Below, piece by piece: positions 31,855 to 42,900 of a stretch of DNA of 64,000 nt. Origin of the DNA: Candidatus Kapaibacterium sp. (GTDB taxonomy: Bacteria; Bacteroidota; Ignavibacteria; Kapaibacteriales; UBA2268). Made by a program: the position numbers and the translations under genes. The stretch covers positions 3,488,001 through 3,552,000 of the forward strand of contig OY761611.1 of NCBI GenBank assembly GCA_963664875.1, written 5' to 3'. The notes below the pieces were generated by a model. The model had not been told where the DNA came from, searched no databases, and worked only from the letters and a program-made list of their open reading frames with translations. How positions within the stretch are numbered: the stretch's first letter is position 1; the number at the start of each line of letters is the position of its first letter.

Positions 31855-32298
31855 ATGAAAACAAATAAAATCATAATAAGTTTTTTAGCAGCTTTGATAA
31901 TAAATGCATGCTACTGCAATAGACATAACGTTATATTTGATTATAAATCAAATATATACTTACAAAACAAAGAAATTAACTATATACTAGAGGTTTATAA
32001 AATTGAAAAAATTGATGCTAATCATAGTCTTCGAAAAGATTATAAATCTCGTTTAATTGGTAAATTAGAGTTGTATCTATTAAGGGATTCTATGACGATG
32101 AATAACATCGATATTGATTTAGCTCTTAGTTTGAATAATCAATATCTATCAAAACATATAGGATATAAGAATAGATTTAAATGGCCTCCTTCTTTAGATC
32201 TCTTCCAAGATAGCATCTTTTCTGAAGAACTATATTGGTATTTTGAGGAAGACATATCAGAAATAAAAATTACGAGTTTACATATTGATAGTTTATAA
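31855..32298 (+). CDS. Putative immunity lipoprotein for Rhs 1
   Basis: Immediately downstream of the toxin; lipobox-like IINAC. Confidence 0.6.
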   Translation: MKTNKIIISFLAALIINACYCNRHNVIFDYKSNIYLQNKEINYILEVYKIEKIDANHSLRKDYKSRLIGKLELYLLRDSMTMNNIDIDLALSLNNQYLSKHIGYKNRFKWPPSLDLFQDSIFSEELYWYFEEDISEIKITSLHIDSL

Positions 32299-32360
32299 GG
32301 CAGAAGCATTTAAATCTTTTGGGCTATAGCCCTAACCCAGCTTGAGTTTTTAGTAGATAG

Positions 32361-32531
32361 CAAACCGAAAAATTTGATTATCTTCCATTTGGAAAGCTAG
32401 CTCCTGCCATAAGTGGCGACGACGACCAGCGCACCGCCTACCTCGGCAAAGAACTTGACCGAGAAAGCGACCTGGGCGACCACGGCGTGCGTAAAGTAGA
32501 TTACGGGCTGGGCAGGTTTACTACTATAGAT
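32361..32531 (+). pseudogene. Orphan Rhs core fragment
   Basis: Translates TEKFDYLPFGK..DQRTAYLGKELDRESDLGDHGVRKVDYGLGRFTTID; 32424-32531 is nearly identical to 31106-31213. Confidence 0.88.
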
Positions 32532-32540
32532 AGTATAAAT

Positions 32541-32585
32541 ACAGCTAACAGGGAATTGAAATAGTCTCTTGTTAGCTGTTTTTTT
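32541..32585. terminator. Hairpin between Rhs locus and integrase
   Basis: ACAGCTAACA...TGTTAGCTGT followed by TTTTTT. Confidence 0.6.
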
Positions 32586-33755
32586 ACTCCCCAAAAACCT
32601 TGCTAAAACTCTCTATTGCTTTATCTCTGCTCGGATTAACATAAATATCAAAACTACGCCGATTCCTATGACCGGATATTTTCATCACCTCTTCGGGAAG
32701 CATTCCGGCTTTCAATGCAAGAGTTATCATAGTTCGACGGGCAGTATTAGAGGAGATGAGCTTGTATTTTGGAACAACATGTTCTTCTTTAACTATTCCA
32801 CGTATAATTGTATATGCAATCGGTTTAGTAATTTCTGCATCTTTGCAAATTTCTTTTATTTTGGAATTGTAGGTCTTTGTATCATTTTGTGGAAATTGTT
32901 TAGGATATTTAAGTAATATCCCTTTTATATATGAGTTAAAAGGAACAATAACATTTTCTCCGGTCTTCTCGGTAGTAAGATATATCCGCTGATTATCCAT
33001 ATCTAATTTAGTCGGATTTAATCGGAGCAAATCAGAAATTCTAATTCCGGTATGAAGCTGAATCAGAAACAAATCCTTAGTGATTTCTAAATGTGGCTTA
33101 GGAACTAAATCTTTAACCGCCTCTATTTCTTCAAAATCAAGGGTAACATACTTGTTCTCCTGCCCTTTATGTGTCGTAGCAGATTTAATATAAGAGCGAA
33201 ACTGAATAGTGGTAATCAAACCTTTAGAAGCGTAATAGTTAAGAGCAGTCTTAATATTCTTATTAGCAATATAAACTGTATTGTTGTTTAGACCCTTATT
33301 ATGCAGATAATTCTCAAATTTCTTCCAAATAATCTCATCAAGATTACGAATAGTTATTACAATTTTGGTTTCATTCTGAAAATCAGCAAGTTTCTTCTTA
33401 GAGTTATAAAAGCACTCGTTAGTGCGATCAGCTCGAGTATGTTTAGTCAATTCAATATAATTAGAAAAAAGAGTTAGAAGGTCTTCTGCATCATTGTTAC
33501 TAATATTAGGATTTTTCAGCTGTTTTATATACTCCTTAATATCATTTTTGTTAAGCACAAGATTTTCTAACTTTGCCTTTGAGCAGAAATTGTTTATTTT
33601 AGACTTAAAGTCATCCAACAGCACATTAGTTTCATCGCTATGAAGCACTGAAGGCTTAATACGATTATGCTTTTTATCCCAAGCTTTGGTTTTGATTTTA
33701 ATTCCGGTAGAAACCTGAACACGAAAACCATTGACAGAGACGTTCATCATAATAG
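32584..33755 (-). pseudogene. Tyrosine integrase copy A: 5'-truncated, catalytic His replaced by Asn
   Basis: Near-identical to 55538-56758 but lacks the first ~16 codons and the upstream region; reads SNTARR versus SHTARR. Confidence 0.8.
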
Positions 33756-33991
33756 TAGTATGGTGTAGTACATGTAAATATTATATATATAAGTTATATA
33801 TGCAATATTTCTATTTTAACAACTAACTTATAACTAACACTATTATCTTTACACAAATGCCGCTAATCCTTTGAGTTTTATCTTATTTGTATCTAAATTT
33901 ACAAATATTTTACAAATATAAACAATAGATTTTTGAATTCTGGTGGTTTATTTTATTTTTGAAGTATTGATAATCATAAGTATGGAATCAA

Positions 33992-34963
33992 ATGGAAGAC
34001 AAAAACAATATTAAAATAGACAACAATCTGATAAAAGCCACAGCCGGATTAAACATCGCTCTTGAAGTCTTAATAAAAATGAATAAAGATGACAAATCTC
34101 TGCTTAAAGATGTTCTTACTAAATATGATTTATCAGGCTTTGCTTTACAACAAAGTAATAACACGAGTGATCTTACTAAAGAATTAGATAGATTATTTAA
34201 AAATGGTGCTGTGGAGAAAGCAATTAACAGTTTATTGAAACAAGTGCCATCTAATTCACTCACAGAAAACTATGAGATGAAGGCAAAAAAATGCTCGACC
34301 TATGAAGAGGAATATCAAGTTTACTTAGAATATCGAAAAAGATATAATGCTATTGTTGCTAATGTTGCAAATAACCTTAAAATAGCTACTCTACAAGCAT
34401 TTACTACAATAGACTTGTTTTCTTTCGATAACATTGAGCTTGCAAATAATGCTAAGTTTGTTTTACAGGGATTTTTAAAACTGTTGTTGCTACAAATTGA
34501 TGATTTTCCTTCTATCTCTGATGAAATTGAATCTGAGATTGCAAGATTGAAAGAGGACATCAGAGATAAGCGAAAGAAGTATTCAGAGGATGCTACAATT
34601 TTAAAAAGTTTTGATTATATGCTGACGACTGAATCTCCAACTAAAACTACCAGGATTATTTTTGCTCTTATTGCTAATGGTATTATTCTTGATAAAAGTG
34701 GCAATAAAATCCCGATTGAGCAAGCAAAACGAGTTACAAAAGATTTCATTATTGCATTCAACGGCACAGATCATGCCTATACTAAAACCTTCATGCATAA
34801 ATTGGATGACTTGAAGAAGGAATATATTTTTGATTGGGTTCCGGAACAAAAAACAAAATTTGTTAAAAAATCTAATAAAGAATATACAACTAACATTTTG
34901 GACTTCATCGAATTAAATGAAGCTTTGTTTGAATCTTTTAACTCGCTAATGAAGAAGAAATAA
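33992..34963 (+). CDS. Hypothetical protein
   Basis: 323-aa helical ORF in the same position (upstream of the HTH gene) as 15528-16667. Confidence 0.65.
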   Translation: MEDKNNIKIDNNLIKATAGLNIALEVLIKMNKDDKSLLKDVLTKYDLSGFALQQSNNTSDLTKELDRLFKNGAVEKAINSLLKQVPSNSLTENYEMKAKKCSTYEEEYQVYLEYRKRYNAIVANVANNLKIATLQAFTTIDLFSFDNIELANNAKFVLQGFLKLLLLQIDDFPSISDEIESEIARLKEDIRDKRKKYSEDATILKSFDYMLTTESPTKTTRIIFALIANGIILDKSGNKIPIEQAKRVTKDFIIAFNGTDHAYTKTFMHKLDDLKKEYIFDWVPEQKTKFVKKSNKEYTTNILDFIELNEALFESFNSLMKKK

Positions 34964-35118
34964 ATGCCGAATTTACGGAACCTATCCGGTTCCGAGTTTT
35001 TAGCGATCTTTCAAAACATAGATTATAGCTGAGTTTCCCGATAAATATACGGAATTCCGAGTAATTCACTTCATTATAGGATATAAATATATTATTTTGG
35101 AGTAAAATATTTGGAAAT

Positions 35119-35451
35119 ATGTTTAAAGAAAGAATGGGTGGAAAAATGACACAAACCAATTTTGAAGAATTTATTCTTGTACCGAAGGCTTATTACAACG
35201 AATTGCTTCGTCTATCGGATTTGAAATCGAGTCCGGTAGAAACTACAGTTGCGGAAGTTCAACCAAATGCAAAATATCTTACAACTGATGATGTTATGGA
35301 AATGTTAGGTGTGTCAAGAACTACAATCAAAAATTGGCGTGATAACAAATTATTACCATATCGTAAATTTGGTAGAAGCGTTAGATTTACTATGGAAGAT
35401 GTCAAGAAATTAGAAAGAGAAAAACTTGGGAAAAGCCTACTAATCAGCTAA
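35119..35451 (+). CDS. HTH_17 excisionase/AlpA-like protein
   Basis: LTTDDVMEMLGVSRTTIKNWRDNKLLPYRKFGRSVRF; paralog of 14708-15052. Start may be 35146. Confidence 0.88.
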   Translation: MFKERMGGKMTQTNFEEFILVPKAYYNELLRLSDLKSSPVETTVAEVQPNAKYLTTDDVMEMLGVSRTTIKNWRDNKLLPYRKFGRSVRFTMEDVKKLEREKLGKSLLIS

Positions 35452-35475
35452 TGGTTCTATTTTATACTTTGATAT

Positions 35476-35516
35476 AAAAGCATACTTTTCGGCAATCGTA
35501 CAAAGTATGCTTTTTT
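35476..35516 (+). terminator. Intrinsic terminator
   Basis: AAAAGCATACTTT...AAAGTATGCTTTTTT. Confidence 0.65.
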
Positions 35517-35942
35517 GCTTGAATCTATACCATTTCACAGTCATCTTAATTATCCTCTACTTCAATCCGGTTAAATGCTGCAATTTTAAATTTACGCTAA
35601 AAAATGTCTGCACTGAATTAAACAACTCCAAGTCCATCATATTCATAATCAATCTCGTAATCAAAACCGATTTAAGTATTTCAAAAGAAATGCATTATAT
35701 TCTTTATGATCTCAGTTTCAAATTTCTCCGGGATAATTACGCAACTCATAATTGACTCTAAGAGCTAAACATTAAATTTGCACTTCTAAAATGCCGAAAA
35801 ATTCCAATTTGTACCCTAAAAATACACATTAGTACCAAAAATATCCGATTAATGCCGATAATGTTTGAAAAGTACCAAAAAAATCCAATATTTGCCGATT
35901 GATTCCAATTAGAATAACTAAGATACTTAATGGAAATTTGGA

Positions 35943-36158
35943 CTATAGTTTAAGATAATCCTGCATTAGCTTCATTTTTGCTTCTTCTGAGAGAACTTTG
36001 TCGTCTTTTGGAGAAGGTTTTTCTTTGATAAGTTCTTCCATGACTTCAGAATCCAATGGTATTTCTGCACCTATCATTCGCATGTGAAAGTTTGGATGAT
36101 TTTCAGGGTCTGCTACTGCTTTTTTCCAAGCCGGATTTATATTGTCAAAATCTAACAT
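35943..36158 (-). CDS. Small conserved hypothetical protein (71 aa)
   Basis: MLDFDNINPAWKKAVADPENHPNFHM, nearly identical to 11861-12076; AGGAG RBS. Confidence 0.8.
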   Translation of the reverse strand: MLDFDNINPAWKKAVADPENHPNFHMRMIGAEIPLDSEVMEELIKEKPSPKDDKVLSEEAKMKLMQDYLKL

Positions 36159-36637
36159 TGCAAGTCTCCTTATAAAATAAAATCTGTATTTAAATATTCG
36201 GAACGAAAACATTAAGTGATGTTTGCCCTGAGAAAATATAATGTGTTTCAAAGGCATCATATTTGGGCAAGACAAAACAAGATTCTAAGTCTTAACTTCC
36301 TCTCAAATCGGAGCAAACTTCAGATATTTGTATATTTTTTTTATTGTTAATCGAATTCAATTTTGGTGCGAGCTAAGTTTACTCACCTGTCAGCTTTAAA
36401 GTCGAAAAGAAATTAGCCACCAATTTTACCCTTTTTTACACTTTCTGACTGTCACAATTTGTAAAATATAGTGTCAGCAGATGTCAGATACTGTAAGTGA
36501 TTGTAAAAAAAATTCAGCAGTTGTAAAATTTGTGTCAAAAAGTGTAAATAAATTCCGGTAAACAAGCCATATCAGAAACATCCTATAATTTGCAGGAAAA
36601 TTTTGTATCTATGACAGGACTCAGCACAATTTCCGAC

Positions 36638-36853
36638 TTAAAGCTTTATATATTTCTGAACAAGTTCAACCTTTTCCTCCGGAGTCAGCACTTTGTCGCC
36701 TTTTGAAGTTGGTTCTTCTTTGGTTAGTTCTTCCATGACCTCCGAGGCAAAAGGGCTGTCTCCGCCAAAAATGTCCGCATGGAAATGTGGATGATTTGCA
36801 GGGTCTTTTAATGCTTTTTTCCAGCCGTAATATTGATTGTTATTATCAGACAT
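36638..36853 (-). CDS. Small hypothetical protein, diverged paralog (71 aa)
   Basis: WKKALKDPANHPHFH...SEVMEEL..DKVL..YIKL. Confidence 0.75.
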   Translation of the reverse strand: MSDNNNQYYGWKKALKDPANHPHFHADIFGGDSPFASEVMEELTKEEPTSKGDKVLTPEEKVELVQKYIKL

Positions 36854-36970
36854 TGTGGATTTCTCCCAAGTTTCAAAATTCAGTTCCTAATATAAGAAAC
36901 GATGATTTTGGGATTGGGTTACGCAGAATGGGACTATTTTATTTTATAAAATAGAATCAGGCAAATGGTA

Positions 36971-37073
36971 TTTCACTGCCGTTTTCTTTCAAGACGCTAA
37001 GTGCTGTATATACTGTCTTAGCTGCTTTTTTCGTGTTCTGGATATTTCTTTTTTTTTTTGGGTATCTCTATTG
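36971..37073 (-). pseudogene. Mrr-N-like remnant (second copy)
   Basis: Reverse strand reads KAAKTVYTALSVLKENGSE. Confidence 0.4.
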
Positions 37074-37086
37074 ATATTTTTTTGCT

Positions 37087-38394
37087 CTAAAAATTGTTAT
37101 AAATTTTTAAGTCAATGTTAAAATTTTTGTTTTCAATAATATGGATTATTTCTTCCTTTTCAGATTCATGATCTCTTCTACCATGAATTTGACCATTTGA
37201 GTTTATACATTCAATTAAACTGGTAAGGTTATTTTCAGAAAAGTTTTGCATGTTTCTTAATATGATACCTGCGTATATCAAATTTGCTTTATCATAGCTG
37301 CAAGCGTGACTGTAGATATCTATTAAAAATGAATGTGCATCTTCAATCAAATTGTTCTGTTCTGCTCTTTTACGTAAGATATTAAAAATTACCATACAAC
37401 TATAAATTTCACTATTGCCAAGATTAGAAACTTCTAAACTAAATCTAGAAGAGACATTTGAAAGATGATTTTTAATATCATCTGATTTATAATGTGCAAA
37501 AGCAAATGCTTGAATATCATTTTTGATAGCAACATCAATTTTGGAAAGAGTTGCTGGACTTAGAATATTGTTGATATATAGTTCAGGGAAACTACTAGTT
37601 ATTTCTACTAGAAACAAAGTACATTCATCTTCTATTTTGTTAAAATAATCAGGTTCATTTTTTATTCTATCAACAATTATAGAATTTCTATATCCCAATA
37701 AGTGTGCTAAAACAAAATTATTATAATTCCGATTATCTTTACATTCTGATGTGGTACACAACATTACTAATTTCCATAAATTCTTGAAAAGTTCGAGCAA
37801 TTGATCGTCTCTCAATTTGATAAAGTACTTTTCTTTGAGATGTAAAATCATAACTTCTTTGTCTCCATAATCCTTGGAAAACTTTTCAATGTCTAGTATC
37901 ATCTCTTTAAAAATACTGTTTTTTGAGAGATAGGGAGGTTTTGATAGTATGGATTCTATCATGGTTTTTATGAGACTACTGACTGTTTCTTTATTCATAG
38001 GAGATAATTTATAGGAATCATCAATAATTGGATGTGCACATATATTCCTCATGTTTCGCAAATTTTCAAGATATGCTTGATCAACTGTTGATAATAGGCT
38101 TGTATTCTTGCAAACTTCTTCAATCAGAATATTTTCCCATCGTGGAGATTTCGGATTATCATTTTGTTCTCTTTCAATCTTATTTAATATAGAAATTGCT
38201 TTAGAATCTTGGTATAGTTCTTTTAAATCTCTTAACTTAAGCATTAGATCCGTTAGCACTACTATATATAAAACAACTGTACATGCTCGATAACATCCGT
38301 TATTGTAAGTTGTTACTACTTCTTTGAAATATTCTTTAGTTTCTGGCGAATATATATAATTCACTGCATATTCAAGTGAAGAATTCTGTAGCAT
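37087..38394 (-). CDS. HEPN-motif protein with helical C-terminal region
   Basis: N-terminal YFKEVVTTYNNGCYRAC helix and Rx4H motif RNICAHP. Confidence 0.7.
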   Translation of the reverse strand: MLQNSSLEYAVNYIYSPETKEYFKEVVTTYNNGCYRACTVVLYIVVLTDLMLKLRDLKELYQDSKAISILNKIEREQNDNPKSPRWENILIEEVCKNTSLLSTVDQAYLENLRNMRNICAHPIIDDSYKLSPMNKETVSSLIKTMIESILSKPPYLSKNSIFKEMILDIEKFSKDYGDKEVMILHLKEKYFIKLRDDQLLELFKNLWKLVMLCTTSECKDNRNYNNFVLAHLLGYRNSIIVDRIKNEPDYFNKIEDECTLFLVEITSSFPELYINNILSPATLSKIDVAIKNDIQAFAFAHYKSDDIKNHLSNVSSRFSLEVSNLGNSEIYSCMVIFNILRKRAEQNNLIEDAHSFLIDIYSHACSYDKANLIYAGIILRNMQNFSENNLTSLIECINSNGQIHGRRDHESEKEEIIHIIENKNFNIDLKIYNNF

Positions 38395-38452
38395 AAGATA
38401 CCTTTAAATTTTTGCAAACATATTAAAACAAGCATTTTAGTAGCAAATCTTA

Positions 38453-39955
38453 TTAATAAGAGAACAACTGGACTTCTTCAGGTTCAATAACAACAGGCAT
38501 TGCTTCTAATATGTCTGAATTTATTATACTAGTGGTTTTAAAAATTTGGACAATATTATCTTGTAGCCACTCTAAATTCCATATATTTTCTGAATTTGAA
38601 TGAATGGCTTTGCAAAGAGGTTCTTTTGGTTCGAAATTATAATCATATTTATGTATCATTCTTTGAAGCCATATTTCTAGAATTCCATTATGTGGAATTA
38701 ACTTGAATTTTTTCATGATTCTATTGATAAATATTCTTTGAGAATCAGCTGGTTTTAATTCTATCAAATCAGATAATATTGCTGTAGCAATAGGAAATAT
38801 CCTAGGATTTTTTATTGTTAAATTGACAATAATTGAAGAAATGACTTCAATATTCATATATTCTATTAGAGTACTTTTTTCATTATGAAAATATCTGTTA
38901 AAATCTGAAATTGCTCTTTGTACTGTGCCGGAATTTGGATGTTTTAAACTAAAGTGATAAATATTGAGAAGTTGTTTTTGGGCTGACAATTTATCATTTG
39001 ATTGCATAAACCAATCAATTTTATCTTTCTTCACCGAACTTGTGACAATATCATCAGATAAATAAGTTTTGCTGGTATTTAGTTTAAGTCCTAAACCTAT
39101 CAAAACATCATTCAAAATTTTTGCAATATCTTGAGCCAAAACTGGATTTTTTGTAAAAATTCTATAGTCATCTCGATATCTTAGAATTTTATATTCTGAT
39201 TGGTGCATATTCTTTTTTTCAAGTTCTTGTGAAAGAGTCTCATCTGCATACCCCAAAACTATCTCTGCTATAAAGTCAGACAATACACTACCTTGTGGTA
39301 TTCCATTTGTTTGTCCATAAGACATGCTTTGTAAAGCAGTATCAATTTTATTTCCCAGCAAAGATTGATCGGTACGATTCTTCTTAGAATAATCTTTTCC
39401 ATGTATAGCCCAAGGGATGCTATGGGTATATATAGCCCCATAACAATCTGTTATATCTGTAGTAAATATGTATTCAAATTCGAGAGATAGTTCTAATGAT
39501 TTTTGTTCAATATCTAACCACCAAGTTCTAACTCTTTCTGCTTTATCTGACTCATCTGTATTCGATTTCCCAGGATAGCTAGAGCATTCCACTACAGAGT
39601 TCTTAAAGTCTTGAAATTTATTTAAAATAAGTTCCCAATTGTGAGATTCAGTTAAGGTATTGACTAAATCAACATAAATAAGGGGATGAATGAGTTGAAA
39701 AGGACGCCATGCGTACTGACCATCTTTGTTACTAATAAGTTCGTAATTCACATTTGAATAATCTTTTGGTTTGTCACCTTTTAAATAGCTGTTTATTGAG
39801 TTGCCGTTTATCCGTTTAGATAAATTATCTAATAAAGGCTTGAAATCATAGTATTCCGGTAAATCTATAGAGCAATAGTTTTTACTTTCCATGAAGAATG
39901 CATTTGCTTCTTCATGAGTCATGTCGAGTATTGAAGCGTAGTCTTTCATCCCCAT
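38453..39955 (-). CDS. AbiP2-like (UG/Abi class) reverse transcriptase
   Basis: TDITDCYGAIYTHSIPW, QTNGIPQGS, catalytic RYRDDYRIF, GLKLNTSKT and a helical C-terminus (FSLKHPNS, EIWLQR, PEEVQLF). Confidence 0.88.
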   Translation of the reverse strand: MGMKDYASILDMTHEEANAFFMESKNYCSIDLPEYYDFKPLLDNLSKRINGNSINSYLKGDKPKDYSNVNYELISNKDGQYAWRPFQLIHPLIYVDLVNTLTESHNWELILNKFQDFKNSVVECSSYPGKSNTDESDKAERVRTWWLDIEQKSLELSLEFEYIFTTDITDCYGAIYTHSIPWAIHGKDYSKKNRTDQSLLGNKIDTALQSMSYGQTNGIPQGSVLSDFIAEIVLGYADETLSQELEKKNMHQSEYKILRYRDDYRIFTKNPVLAQDIAKILNDVLIGLGLKLNTSKTYLSDDIVTSSVKKDKIDWFMQSNDKLSAQKQLLNIYHFSLKHPNSGTVQRAISDFNRYFHNEKSTLIEYMNIEVISSIIVNLTIKNPRIFPIATAILSDLIELKPADSQRIFINRIMKKFKLIPHNGILEIWLQRMIHKYDYNFEPKEPLCKAIHSNSENIWNLEWLQDNIVQIFKTTSIINSDILEAMPVVIEPEEVQLFSY

Positions 39956-39957
39956 CT

Positions 39958-42900
39958 CTAACCCTCACTCTCAATAATACTTATCTCATCATCAGTCAAA
40001 TCATATAACTTATATACCAGCCTGTCTATTTCTGCCTCCGCTTCGCTTGTGTCTGCTTTTGCGTCCGCTTTCTTGGCTGCCAGTATTTCGTTTACAAGGG
40101 ATATAAATGGTTTTTCTTCTTCTTCCGATGGAGGCTTAACTGGTATTTCTTGGAATATTACTTTCCTAAGTTCTTTGCTGTTCCCCTGCAATTCAGGGAA
40201 ATTATCAGTAAAACAAAATTTAAATAGTTTAGAATTCAAAAAGCCTGTAAGATATTCAATTTTTTGCCCAACCATCATAAAGACTTTATCGTTGAAAAAG
40301 AAATTATCTCTATCAAAAACAAATGGAAGAAATTTTGTGATTACAGGATATATAATTTTAGGTTTCAAAAATGATTCATAATAGGCTATTGTGTCTTGTA
40401 GCTCAAACCATTGATTCGTAGTTTTTTTGCGACTGCCTTTTTTACCTGACTGCTCCAATCTTTCTCGACCAAAGCTTTCTAAATGAGACTTAATTGCAGT
40501 GTACTTATCAATATCAAGTTTTAAAGCAGGAGCAGTAAAAATCAACCACAAATCTGGATCATCTATTCCATATCTTTTTATATCTCTTCCTCTAAGTAGA
40601 GGTTTTATAATTTCGGCACTTTTAGGATCTTTTGCAATAAGTTCATCCTTTTTCTTTCCATCGATTATAAATGCATCGTTATATCCTGTAAGTATCCCTC
40701 TATAAATTTCAATATCCCAATCTTTTAATTTGATACCTTGGGCTTCTACTTTTTGTTTGATTTGATATTTTACTTTATTGGCAATAACCCAAGATTCGTC
40801 TGTCAGATCTTTAAGAATGATATGATTACTGTCAAAGTATTTTTCTATTTCCTTTGCTTCTTCCTGTTGAGCTCTGATAATTCTGAGAGCTTCAACTTTA
40901 TTATCAAAACTCTTATTGGAAAAGAAAGTAACTGTAGTCAAAACAGTTGCACTATCAAAGATATGGCAATCAGAAAAATCAATTACTTTGTGTATGTTTA
41001 CATCTTCAATAAAAAACTTTCTGAGAGATTTTCCATAATTAGTTCTGAGCCATGCACTTCCCGTAATGAAGCCCTGGTTTCCCTGAGCTTTCAAGATATT
41101 TGCAGCAAGCTCATAAAATAGCACATACATATCACCTGTTTGAGCATAAGTTTTATATCTGTCTTTAAGAAATACAGTTCGGTTATTCAAAGTCTGCAAC
41201 TGAATATACGGCGGATTACCAATAACGGCATCAAAGCCAATGAAGTTACCATCTTCATCCAGCACCTCAGGGAACTCAAAACGCCACTCAAAGGCATTTG
41301 AGTATAGAGTTTTTTGCTTTTCGTCGTACTGCTTGCTTAGCTCAGTGAGTTCATGCATCATTTTGTCATGTTCTTTTTTCCAGTCATCGTAGTAAAAGCT
41401 TTTCTTTGTAGAATCTTGATGAGTATCAATATCTGATCGTAAATTCTTCTTCTTTATGTAGATGTCATCACTTGGATTCGCAAGCATAGAAAACTGATTT
41501 TTGAGGAAATCAATATCCTTTCGTGCCTTCTGCCTAACAGCTTTTTCCGAAGTAGTTTTATAAATCAGCACCTGCTGTTTATATTTATTAGTAATACTTC
41601 GGAAAGTATTCCTTTGTCCGGCACTAACCTGACTTTGCTTATCGTGCAAATCAAAACGGCTCACAAGCGAATTGCCGCACTTAATATTAATATCAATGTT
41701 AGGAAGAGTTTCAAGCTGAGTGTAGTTTGAATCTGCAGTGTAGTAAGTATTTTTAAGCAGTTCAATCCACAGACGCAGACGGCAGATATTCACAGAGTTA
41801 GGGTTAATATCCACACCAAAGAGGCAATTTTCGATTATTGTCTGCTTCTCATGGAAAAGAGTTTCCTGTAGTAGCTGCTGATTATCAGTATTTATGGGAT
41901 TACCTTTAGCATTTATCTTATATTCAAAGATGTCTTCGTTGCTATCGGTAACCACCAGCTCATCATTTTGAATTTCAATTTTATACTCCTTAACTTTCTT
42001 TTCTGTGCCATGATAGCAAAGCACACCAAGCTCAGATTTGAGAGCAATTATCTCATTTAGAGCAGAAACCAAAAAGTGTCCCGAACCCACAGCAGGATCA
42101 CAAACTTTTATACTATTTATTATAGCATTGGCTTCCGAAATATCATCTATCTTATTATATAGCTTGTCTATATTATCACATTCCCAGCCCTTAACATCTT
42201 TAAACTTCTGCAGCACAGCACGACGAATAGTTTCCCGGCAGATATACATAGTAATATATCCGGGAGTAAAGAAAGAACCCTCTTTATAGCCATTGATTTT
42301 TTCAAAGATTAGACCCAAAACAGAAGCATTGATAAGGCTCTTTTTATCTTCCTTAACATCTTCAGCACCTTCGGATGAAAAATCATAAGCATCAAGAAAC
42401 TTAAATAGATATTCCAAAATAGGCATTTCACCGGAAAGGCGTTTGCCTTGCTCATCTTTCAGCACAGTTTGGCTGTAAAGACTCAAGCGGTATCTGTCTC
42501 GCAGGCTATTGATGCGAATAGACTTACTCTCAATCTCACTTATTTCAAACAAGGAACTATTTAGATAAGGTAATTGTTTGAAAGGACTACGAATGTCATC
42601 GTCACGTTCAGTTATTGTTTTAGCCAGCACACCAAAGAAAAGCTCATTTAGATCATCAAATTCCTTGATAATATTGTGGTCTAAGAACCTAAACGATTTA
42701 TTATAGTCATGATACGACAAAAGCTGAGCTTCGAGCAACTTTAGAAACAGAATACGGTTAATCCAGGTAATATTCAGCTCGAGAGCGATATTAAAGAGCT
42801 GGTCTTCTTTAGTTTCTCCAAAATCTCCAACATTGGCTATATTATTGAGAATGTCTTCAGTTTTGAGATTCTTAATAGTATTTTCAATAAGCGAACCATT

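Larger units (their letters stand above)
9069..33755. mobile_element. Integrative element A (primase/HTH/integrase backbone with Rhs cargo); integrase damaged
   Basis: Left end CATGACGG-TAGTATGG with arm repeats at 9143-9161; primase-helicase, HTH and a terminal integrase copy. Confidence 0.7.

Noticed and set aside
31106-32531. Repeat pair plus a nearby RT as a diversity-generating retroelement (TR/VR)
   Set aside because: Mismatches are not adenine-specific in either copy and are mostly at third codon positions. The RT is Abi-type, not DGR-type, and the repeat is an Rhs core.
32397-32916. ORFs 32397-32594(-) and 32569-32916(+)
   Set aside because: They are antisense shadows of the Rhs core scar and the integrase.
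35507-35755. 82-aa ORF in the position of the missing primase
   Set aside because: It overlaps a terminator, has no RBS and shows no primase similarity.
38453-39955. Retron or group II intron RT
   Set aside because: No VTG retron motif, no intergenic space for msr/msd, no maturase domain or intron ends; motifs fit the Abi class.
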